A DNA stretch of 13,953 bases from Octopus sinensis (Eukaryota). The stretch lies in the NCBI RefSeq assembly GCF_006345805.1, contig NW_021825914.1:1-13953 (forward strand), given 5' to 3'. A program made the position numbers and the translations under genes. The notes beneath the pieces are model-generated. The model was not told the origin of the DNA. It saw only the letters and a list, made by a program, of their open reading frames with translations, and did not search any database. Shown here piece by piece: positions 1 to 8,453 of the stretch; positions within the stretch are counted from its first letter, which is position 1, and each line of letters starts with the position of its first letter.

Positions 1-407
1 GGCCAGCGATAGGTGAGGTAGTTTGTTGCCAGACTGCACTTTAGCCCCCGAGGGTAGGCAAATGCTTAGTGGAGAAAGGTGTCCTTCTGCGACACTCGCT
101 ATTTGAATATAACTTAAGCCTGACCCAAGCGAGAGGTTACAAGGAAGTCGATCAGGCTGAGGAAACTACCCACAGTTATATGTGTTTTTCTGAAAGAGAT
201 CGTAAGGTGTCAACATGATAATGAAGTTAGCCAAACGAATATTGGATTAATTAAAATGACATTAGTAATGACGAGGAAAATCATTAGCATTAATTAGTAA
301 TTATTTTCAATACAGGTTATAGACAAAAAAACTCCGACAGACAAATGAAGTAGTAATTGAGTGGAAAGATAAGTGCGTGGGTGGGTGCGGTGGGGAGGAT
401 ATAATGA

Positions 408-429
408 GGGGTTAGGGTTAGGGCTGGGG
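408..429 (+). other. Canonical G-quadruplex motif containing two TTAGGG repeats
   Basis: GGGG-TTA-GGG-TTA-GGG-CT-GGGG read directly; four G-tracts with 2-3 nt loops. Confidence 0.5.
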
Positions 430-463
430 CGGTTTGGTCAGGATAAACTACACAAAGATAGAG

Positions 464-903
464 CTTTTGCTTCTGTCATTAGACAACGGCCATGCCGGAG
501 CACCTCATTGAAGAACTTTTGTCGAACGAACCAACCCCAGCACTTCTTTCTTTAAAGCTTGATGCTTATTCTGTTGATCTCTATTGCCGAACCGCAAAGT
601 TACCGGGGACCTAAATACATCAATACCGGTGGCAGAGGACAAACAGACAGACAGACAGACACACATGCACACACACATACACGCACACATACACGCACAG
701 ACACTCACACACTCACACACACGCACACACGCACATACGGCGGGCTTCTTTCAATTTCCGTCTGCCTGTTTGTGTTACAAGGCTATAGTCAGTCCGAGGC
801 TATAGTAGAAGACACTTGTCCAAGGTGCTACACAGTGGGACTGAACCCAGAACCATGTGCTTTGGAAAAAAATTTCACACCACACAGCCACACCTGCGCC
901 TAT
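464..903 (-). mobile_element. tRNA-derived SINE, family B (head, CORE-like segment, internal microsatellite, tail), diverged
   Basis: Reverse complement starts ATAGGCGCAGGTGTGGCTGTGTGG (A-box-like), has GGTTCTGGGTTCAGTCCC (B-box-like), then CCTTGGACAAGTGTCTTCTACTATAGCCTCGG. It aligns by eye with the + copies at 8755-8908 and 8940-9414, including the GGCCG..TGACAGAAGCAAAAG tail. Confidence 0.85.
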
Positions 904-922
904 ATACATACCTACGTACTTA

Positions 923-924
<2 letters not shown>

Positions 925-961
<37 letters not shown>

Positions 962-963
962 AC
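925..963. repeat. (CA)n microsatellite
   Basis: Pure AC run. Confidence 0.95.
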
Positions 964-1459
964 AACACAAATTATTTTGTGCGCAATCCTGAAGAATTTT
1001 GTTCAGCATTTGCTGTTAAAGTTACCCCGAATGGCAGATGGAGAGCAATCAATATTTTTCTAAATCATTACACGATGTTGAAAAGATGGATTGAACTGAA
1101 GATGGAATAACTATTAACTGCAGCAGAAAAAGGATTTTCTCACTCCACTCTTTATTTGTCATTGTTCGATGTCAGCGACAGTTTGTCACTGGAAAAAGCA
1201 TAGAGTATTTTGCGTTTGGAATGAGTCCTCATCGCTAGCTGATGATTATCACACACTGATGACGGGTTACTACCTAGAAACCCGGGTCTCTGTGTATCAC
1301 GTAAGGCTGGAGATGAGAACGATGATTTCCTTTCGCAAATACTAATCAGTCATAGACAGTGTGTTGCTAGCCAGTTGGATGAGATCTCCTGGGTCTAAAA
1401 ACAACAGTAGCATCATCCTCTATGGGGCCGCCACATTTAGTTAGCAAATATACTTCACG
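964..1459 (+). mobile_element. Possible Penelope-like element terminal (pLTR/3') remnant carrying a hammerhead
   Basis: Complex sequence between (CA)n and (TA)n that contains hammerhead motif 1. No RT or GIY-YIG motif recognised; boundaries are uncertain. Confidence 0.3.
1243..1299 (+). ncRNA. Type I hammerhead ribozyme-like motif 1 (minimal, palindromic stem III)
   Basis: CTGATGA 1256-1262; stem II GGGT/ACCT with loop TACT; GAAA 1277-1280; palindrome ACCCGGGT 1280-1287; cleavage triplet GTC ending at C1288; stem I CACACA(1250-1255)/TCTGTG(1289-1294) 5 of 6 paired, plus distal TGAT/ATCA. Confidence 0.7.
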
Positions 1460-1464
1460 ATATA

Positions 1465-1543
<79 letters not shown>

Positions 1544-1560
1544 TATATAATATATATATA
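1460..1560. repeat. (TA)n microsatellite, interrupted
   Basis: Long TA run with a few TT/AA interruptions. Confidence 0.95.
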
Positions 1561-2113
1561 TTCTACGGGTGTGTCTGTGATTTTTCTTTGAGTTTAAAAC
1601 AGTTTTTCTTGAGAGAGTTCAAGCCGGTCGCTAACAAAGCGACAAGACTTCTTGAGTTAAGGGAGTTCTCGGCGAGAGTTAATGTGTGGTTGAGTTATCG
1701 CGTTGCTTGAACACTTGATTCATACATCCAAGTGTGTGTGCATCTATTCACCTAAAGAATCCCAGATGGAGCTTCTTTGGAATATCTGTCTGTCTGCCTG
1801 CATGTATGTATGCGTGTATGTACGTAAATATACGACTGAGTGGACAAACGAGAGCGACTCTCAATAAATTTTGTAAGAGTTGCGTATATCATTTAATAAC
1901 AGTTTGACAAAGCCTTAACTCGTCAGGCATCTGGAGTAACTGGACGGACATGAGACAAATTCATGATGGCGACTAGGTGTGTAAGGCCTCTATTGGCCAA
2001 CTATGAAGAGAGAGAGATTGAGAGAGAGGGGGAGTTGGTTTTGACTGTCGGGAGAAAGAGTAGTCAGTACCGTAGTAGAAGTTAAAAGCACTTGTATTTA
2101 GGTGGAGTGAATC

Positions 2114-2164
2114 TCTTGCTTCTCTGGGGTTTCGCCTGTCCATTGACAGGCTCATCAGGCAAAA
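2114..2164 (-). ncRNA. Hammerhead-like motif 2, decayed stem III (probably inactive)
   Basis: Minus strand reads TTTTGC-CTGATGA-GCCTGTC-AATG-GACAGGC-GAAA-CCCCAGAGA-A-GCAAGA. Stem II is a perfect 7 bp with canonical G10.1-C11.1; stem I is 6 bp with one G.U; U16.1 is missing. Confidence 0.6.
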
Positions 2165-2185
2165 TTTTGCAATGTAATTCATTAC

Positions 2186-2281
2186 AGAGGACGTCTTCCT
2201 GATGAAGGAGACATTACTAACAAGGATGAGTTACCTTACCGTAAACGTACTGCAGAAACGGCTGTCGAATGGGCTTCCTCT
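2186..2281 (+). ncRNA. Hammerhead-like motif 3 with enlarged stem II region
   Basis: CTGATGA 2199-2205; GAAACGGCTGTC 2255-2266 (one change from the palindrome ACAGCTGT); stem I TTC/GAA proximal plus AGAGGA(2186-2191)/TCCTCT(2276-2281) distal; 49 nt between core halves. Confidence 0.55.
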
Positions 2282-2497
2282 AATAACGGGACTTTATCCT
2301 TAATTCTTAATCCTTAATGGTAAATTTTTTATCTGTTCTAGTAATGTACCTATTTCCTCTCTGAACTGTCTTACCAGTTTTGCTGTTCGATGACTTAGAC
2401 GCCTTCCTTCTATTATCTTATACAATTTTTATGTATTTATATTTTTTTCTATAAGTAGTTTATCATTATATTTTCAATTTCTATTTCTATTCTATTC

Positions 2498-3106
2498 AAG
2501 ACGGCGAGCTGGCAGACACGTTGCATGCCGGGCGAAATGCTCAACGGTATTTCATCTGCCGGTACGTTCTGAGTTCAAATTCCGCCGAAGTCGACTTTGC
2601 CTTTCATCCTTTTGGGGTCGATTAAATAAGTACCAGTTACGCACTGGGGTCGATATAATCGACTTAGCCCGTTTGTCTGTCCTTGTTTGTCTCCTCTATG
2701 TTTAGCCCCTTGTGGGCAATAAAGAAATAAAAATCGTAAGCACGTCGGGAGAAATGCTTAGTGGAAGTTCGTCTGTGTTTACGCTCTTTGTTTAAATTCC
2801 TCCGAGGTCGACTTTGTCTTTTAACCTTTCGGTGTCGATAAAATAAGTACCAGTTACGCACTGGGGTCGATATAATCGACTTAACCCGTTTGTCTGTCCT
2901 TGTTTGTCCCCTCTGTGTTTAGCCCCTTGTGAGTAGTAAAATATTAGGTATTTCGTCTGTCTTATGTTGAGTTCAAATTCCGCTGAGGTCGACTTTGTCT
3001 TTCATCCTTTCAGTTTATACCAGTTGCTTACTGTGGTCGATCTAATTGACTGGCTCCCCACCCAAAAAAAAAAATTTCGGCCCTTCTGCCTTGAGTAGAA
3101 AAGAAT
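2498..3106 (+). mobile_element. tRNA-derived SINE family A, three head-to-tail units
   Basis: Head GGCGAGCTGGCAGACACGTT; B-box-like GAGTTCAAATTCC near 2571; units at about 2498-2730, 2731-2946 and 2947-3106 share GAGGTCGACTTTG..TCATCCTTT..GGGGTCGAT..ATCGAC. The last unit ends in the alternative tail ..GCCTTGAGTAGAAAAGAAT. Confidence 0.9.
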
Positions 3107-3463
3107 CACTAATTCTACTTTTGTTAGTGTGTTCTCTTTCGTTTGCACTCACCATATTTATACCTCGTATATATTTACGTTCTTTTAATTTAGATCTTAA
3201 TTTATATATTTATATGATATGCTTTTATACATATAGATTTATATTGATCTGTATTAATATGCATTAATGTAAATGTATTTTTTAAAATTACTTGCCTTTG
3301 CAAAAGTTAAGACCGACCCAGCTCCTTATCACACCAGAATTCCTTTTTTCTAGCAGAAGAAAGCGAATAAGAGTACAATCATGTGGAAAGAAAAGTTTGT
3401 TGCATCTGGATAATGGAAAATTGTTCGTAGTTTTTCTTCCATGACAGGGAAACAGTGTGAATT

Positions 3464-3483
3464 GGGTGGGGAGTGTGGGTGGG
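3464..3483 (+). other. Canonical G-quadruplex motif
   Basis: GGG-T-GGGG-AGTGT-GGG-T-GGG, about 30 bp left of the foldback element. Confidence 0.4.
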
Positions 3484-3517
3484 TGTGGAAGTAAATGAGC
3501 AAGGGGATGGGGGTTAA

Positions 3518-3570
3518 CGGTAAGTGGTGGCTGTCACTGGCGTATGGATGAGAGACAACAGTGATGTAGG

Positions 3571-3663
<93 letters not shown>

Positions 3664-3686
3664 GCATGGAAATATGGATGGATGGT

Positions 3687-3739
<53 letters not shown>

Positions 3740-3886
3740 GGATGGATGGATGGATGGATGGATGGATGGATGGATGGGTAGATAGATATGCATGAAAGTC
3801 TGTGTTGTGTCTGTTTATCTATCTATTTATCTATTTACCTCACTGTTGTCTCTCATCCATACGCCAGTGACTGCCACCACTTACCG
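3518..3886. mobile_element. Foldback / MITE-like element with 47-bp terminal inverted repeats
   Basis: Left arm 3518-3564 CGGTAAGTGGTGGCTGTCACTGGCGTATGGATGAGAGACAACAGTGA matches the reverse complement of 3840-3886 at 46/47. Flanks are TTAA (3514-3517) and TGAA (3887-3890). The interior is mostly (GATA)n/(GATG)n. Confidence 0.6.
3570..3777. repeat. (GATA)n / (GATG)n compound microsatellite
   Basis: GATA runs at about 3570-3662 and 3688-3738, GATG run at about 3738-3777. Confidence 0.95.
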
Positions 3887-3889
3887 TGA

Positions 3890-4006
3890 AAAAGAGTGAG
3901 AGAGTAAGAGAGAAAAGGAGACAGAGAATAAGAAAGAGAGAGAGATTGAGTATGCATGCATGTGTGTGTGTGTGTGTGCGTGCGTTATTACTGAGAGAGG
4001 GAGAGG

Positions 4007-4042
<36 letters not shown>

Positions 4043-4100
4043 AGAGAGAAAGAAAGGGGGGAAGAATAAGAAGGAAAAGCGAAAGGAAAAGAAAGCAAAA
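3890..4100. repeat. GA-rich polypurine tract with embedded (TG)n and (GA)n
   Basis: Direct reading. Confidence 0.85.
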
Positions 4101-4357
4101 CGTATAGCCAACCGTGAAACTAACATTTTATGTTGAAATTATTGAAAGAAATCGACCTGAAAGTCATGACATGTTCATTGATGCGTACCGTCATTAAGTC
4201 ATGTTGTTTGGTTTATGTTAAATGTCATACATACGAGTGAGTTGTGTGTCGTTTGGCTTTCTTTAATAATATTTTCTGGAGTGGACCCAGCGGTAGATTG
4301 GCTTACTACACGGCCCGTAACGTTATGACACTAAATTTTGAAAGACATATAGAAATG

Positions 4358-4564
4358 TGTCCCGAAATTTGGGGGGGGGGTCAGGGGGTGCAGTCGATTA
4401 GATCGACCCCAGTGCGTAGCTGGTACTTAATTTATCGACCCCGAAAGGATGAAAGGCAAAGTCGACCTCGGCGGAATTTGAACTCAGAGAAACAAAAAGC
4501 GACAAACAAAAAACCGCTAAGCATTTCGCTCGGCATTCTAACGTTTCTGCCAGCTTGACACCTT
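4358..4564 (-). mobile_element. SINE family A, single copy
   Basis: Reverse complement starts AAGGTGTCAAGCTGGCAGAAACGTTAG, has GAGTTCAAATTCCGCCGAGGTCGAC and the GTCGAT-cta-ATCGAC hairpin; the tail is degraded. Confidence 0.85.
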
Positions 4565-4577
4565 TAATAACTAATAT

Positions 4578-5520
4578 ATTCTTTTCTACTCTAGGCACAA
4601 GGCCTGAAATTTTTGGGGAGGGAGCCAGTCGATTTGATCGACCCCAGTAAGTACTTATTTATCGACCCCCAAAAGGATGAAAGGCAAAGTTGACCTCAGC
4701 GGAATTTGAACTCAGAACGTAGCGGCAGACGAAATACCTATTTCTTTACTACCCACAAGGGGCTAAACACAGAGAGGATAAACAAGGTCAGACAGACGGA
4801 TTAAGCCGATTATATCGACCCCAGTGCGTAACTGGTACCTAATTTCTCGACCCCGAAAGGATGAAAGGCAAAGTTGACCTCCGCGGAATTTGAACTCAGA
4901 ACGTAGCGGCAGACGAAATACCTATTTCTTTACTACCCACAAGGGGCTAAACACAGAGAGGATAAACAAGGTCAGACAGACGGATTAAGCCGATTATATC
5001 GACCCCAGTGCGTAACTGGTACCTAATTTCTCGACCCCGAAAGGATGAAAGGCAAAGTTGACCTCCGCGGAATTTGAACTCAGAACGTAGCGGCAGACGA
5101 AATACCTATTTCTTTACTACCCACAAGGGACTAAACACAGAGAGGATAAACAAGGTCAGACAGACGGATTAAGCCGATTATATCGACCCCAGTGCGTAAC
5201 TGGTACCTAATTTCTCGACCCCGAAAGGATGAAAGACAAAGTTGACCTCGGCGGAATTTGAACTCAGAACGTAGCGGCAGACGAAATACCTATTTCTTTA
5301 CTACCCACAAGGGGATAAACACAGAGGATAAACAAGGTCAGACAGACGGATTAAGCCGATTATATCGGCATCAGTGCGTAACTGGTACCTAATTTCTCGA
5401 CCCCGAAAGGATGAAAGGCAAAGTCGACCTCGGCGGAATTTGAACTCAGAACGTAACGGCAGACGAAATACCGCTAAGCATTTCGCTCGGCGTGCTAACG
5501 ATTCTACCAGCTTGCCACTT
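4578..5520 (-). mobile_element. SINE family A with internal tandem array: one head, four 182-184-bp body units, one terminal unit
   Basis: Units start (on +) at 4739, 4923, 5107 and 5291 (period 184; last unit 182). Head 5473-5520; terminal unit with alternative tail 4578-4738. Units 1 and 2 look identical by eye. Confidence 0.93.
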
Positions 5521-5807
5521 TAGAAACATCGAAATATTAGAATATATATTGCAACGTGTTTGGTAAGAGACTACGCATCAAGCGTTTCATTTGCTCGACT
5601 CGGCGTAATTAAATGTGTTGAATTGACTGGACATGTCTATCTCATGTAGAATCACATGAGAAGCGCTCGCCAGAGCGAGAACGTTGACTCTGGGTTCATT
5701 CCTTAATTAGTTCATTACTTAATTATTTTAGAATCGGTTTTAGCTTTGAAATTGAGTGCTCTTCACAGTAATTGATTACCGTGTAAAATATATATCATAT
5801 ATGTAAC

Positions 5808-5996
5808 ATGTACACATACACACACGCACGCACACACACACACAACACACAAAACACACACACGCACACACACACACACACACTCACACATACACACACA
5901 CACACACACTCACACTCACACATGCACACACACCTACACACACACACACTACACACACACACATACACACACACACACATGCACACACACATACAC

Positions 5997-6040
<44 letters not shown>

Positions 6041-6081
6041 ACATACACACATACACATACACACACGCGCGCGCGCGCGCG
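5808..6081. repeat. Degenerate (CA)n ending in (CG)8
   Basis: CA/CACATA run followed by CGCGCGCGCGCGCGCG at 6066-6081. Confidence 0.92.
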
Positions 6082-6104
6082 GTTGTTGTCTACTCCTTAT
6101 GCAG

Positions 6105-6154
6105 AGTTTGACCACCTCTTGTACTTACATCTTTGATTCATCATGGCGTCTGAT
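6105..6154 (+). other. Candidate 50-nt exon (unverified)
   Basis: Acceptor-like TCTACTCCTTATGCAG| (AG 6103-6104); consensus donor GAT|GTGAGT at 6155; ATG GCG TCT GAT (MASD) at 6143-6154 with an in-frame upstream stop. No homology recognised. Confidence 0.25.
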
Positions 6155-6649
6155 GTGAGTTTTTAAGCAAGACAATGTATTGAAAAGACACCCGCATAGA
6201 TTGCATATCTGGTTTGGACCACCAAGAAGAGCTGCAGTTAAGTTCTGATCTTTGTGTATCTTAAAATGTCTTTTGAGGCTCCATTAGAATTGTAGACTTT
6301 GGGGCATGCCCGGTATTGAAAGGTGTGCACAGATGTATAGACAGAATAGTTGGTGGAGGTTCGTTTTATTTTCAGTGTGGTTTAACCACGTAATATCATT
6401 CCGCTCGCCAAAGATTTATTGCATCGCTTCTTAGAAAAAGAAAGAAGGAAATGTAAACGAAAAAGACTTGTACGGTCTCCAAAAAGTTGCTTTCTGGAAT
6501 GCCAAATGTCCAGGATGTTATACAAACACCACAGTATTTAGTCATGGTCAGACCGTTGTTGTTGTGTGTTGGGTGTTCAACTGTATCATGTCAGCCCGAC
6601 GGGAAGCAAAGCCAGGCTTACAGTATGCTGTTCATTCAGAAGAAAACAT

Positions 6650-7365
6650 CTATACATGCATGCATACATGTATGTATATATCTATGTACGTATGTGTGTA
6701 TGTATGTATATATCTATGTACGTATGTGTGTATGTATGTATATATCTATGTACGTATGTGTGTATGTATGTATGTATTTATGTATGTGTGTATGTATGTA
6801 TGTGTGTATGTGTGTATGTGTGTATGTATGTATGTATGTATGTGTGTATCTGTGTATGTGTATGTATGTATGTATGTATGTATGTATTATGTGTGTATGT
6901 ATGTATGTATGTGTGTATGTGTGCATGTATGTATGTATGTGTGCATGTATGTATTTATGTATGCATGTATGTGTGTGTATGTATTTCTGTATGTATGTAT
7001 GTATGTATGTATGTATGTATGTATGTATGTATGTATGTATGTATGTATGTGTGTATGTATGTATGTATGTGTGCATGTATGTATTTATGTATGCATGTAT
7101 GTGTGTGTATGTATTTCTGTATGTATGTATGTAATGTATGTAATGTATGTATGTATGTACATAAGTATGTACATATGTATGTATGTATGTATGTATGTGT
7201 GTATGTATGTATATATGTATGTGTGTATGTATATATATGTAGGCATACATGTATGTATGTATGCATGTATGTAATGTATGTATGAATGTATGTATGTATG
7301 CATGTATGTAATGTATGTATGTATGTATGTATGCATACATGTATGTATGCATGTATGCATGCATA
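6650..7365. repeat. Degenerate (ATGT)n satellite with higher-order repeats
   Basis: ATGT/GTGT/ATGC variants; explains the overlapping CMYV- and HTYI-type pseudo-ORFs. Confidence 0.95.
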
Positions 7366-7904
7366 CTTTTTTGACTATTGGAAAACAAATTAGCAAAGAA
7401 TTTTCGCCATCAAACTGCTTAACTTTAATTTTACAAGGTTTGGTTTGGTGCCAACGTGAAAAGCGAGACCAGTTTTAAACAATTCAGGAAAGTGCATGAC
7501 TTCTTCCCCAACACAATGTGTCCAAGATCTGCTTTGAGTTGGTCACAATTGCTAACATTTCATTACACTGTCCTCGGGGTTAAGGGACAGTAACTGGTGA
7601 AGGAATCCAGATATACCATTCTCGTTATGGTAAGACTTCTGCCATTTTCACATGATAGAAAATGAGCTATCAATAATAGGTAGAAATGTTCGGTTATTAA
7701 GCACCATTATACTCTAACACTTTTGAGACAATGTCCGGGAAAATAGAATGTATAGCTTAAGTATATCATTCAAAGTTTCATAGAATGGACGAACTCGGTG
7801 CAAAGTCTTGATCTGAAGAGTGTAAAGAAGCAGAGTGACCTGAAAACCTGTAAAACTCTCTCCCACAATATATGTCTTTCGGACATCATTATGGTTGAAC
7901 GAGA

Positions 7905-8407
7905 GGAGGCGCAATGGCCCAGTGGTTTGATCAGCGGATTCGCGGTCGTAAGATCGCGGTTTCGATTCCCAGACCGGGCATTGTGAGTGTTTATTGAGCC
8001 AAAACACCTAAAGTTCCATGAGGTTCCGGTAGAGGGTGGTGGTGAACCCTGCTGTACTCTTTCACCGCAACTTTCTCTCACTCTTTCTTCTTGTTTCTGT
8101 TGTACCTGTATTTCAAAGGGCCAGCCTTGTCACTGTGTCATGCTGAATCTCCCCGAGAACTACGTTAAGGGTACACGTGTCTGTGGAGTGCTCAGCCACT
8201 TGCACGTTTATAAATGAGCTGCGACGTCACTGGTGCCAAACTGTATCGGCCTTTACCTCACCCTTGGATAACATCGGTGGCGTGGAGAGAAGAGGCTGGT
8301 ATGCATGGGCGACTGCTGGTCTTCCACAAACAACCTTGCCCGGACTTGTGCCTCGGAGGGTAAATTTCTAGGTGCAATCCCAATGTCAGTCATGGCCGAA
8401 GGGGGTC
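7905..8407 (+). mobile_element. tRNA-derived SINE family C, near full length
   Basis: Head GGAGGCGCAATGGCCCAGTGGTT (A box TGGCCCAGTGG 7915-7925), B-box-like GGTTTCGATTCC 7958-7969; the head recurs inverted at 8454-8528. The 3' end near ..GAAGGGGGTC is from recollection of cephalopod repeats and is approximate. Confidence 0.75.
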
Positions 8408-8453
8408 ACAATGGTTGAAAGAAATCCACAAGTCTGTGGTTTATATTTTATAA

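Noticed and set aside
1-180. GC-balanced segment that feels like a repeat end
   Set aside because: No second copy in the window and no diagnostic motif; cannot be assigned without a repeat-library search.
373-1110. ORFs 373-555, 505-726, 559-1110, 584-805, 775-963, 857-1063
   Set aside because: They read through a family B SINE and (CA)n; HT/CV dipeptide runs and no domain.
1561-1790. Complex segment after (TA)n, possible PLE coding remnant
   Set aside because: The frames I translated on both strands gave no RT or GIY-YIG motif, and stops are frequent.
1890-1930. Minus-strand CTGACGAG resembling a fifth hammerhead core
   Set aside because: Followed by ..TGTC-AAAC without G12, with no credible stem II, III or I.
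4739-5472. Regular repeat array, superficially CRISPR-like
   Set aside because: Whole 184-bp units are repeated with no unique spacers, and no cas genes; it is a SINE array.
5795-7478. Long ORFs of 100-270 aa (CMYV, HTYI, HT repeats)
   Set aside because: Stop-free frames of (CA)n and (ATGT)n satellites.
7714-7815. Minus-strand acceptor (CTTCTTTACACTCTTCAG) with a 32-codon open frame
   Set aside because: No credible donor, no recognisable homology, and the frame ends in a stop.
7905-7979. Functional tRNA gene
   Set aside because: Has A/B boxes but no clean acceptor stem, and continues into SINE body; treated as a tRNA-derived head.
8210-8407. Family C tail as partner of the LINE at 11223-11880
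   Set aside because: I see no shared sequence with the LINE's 3' region by eye.
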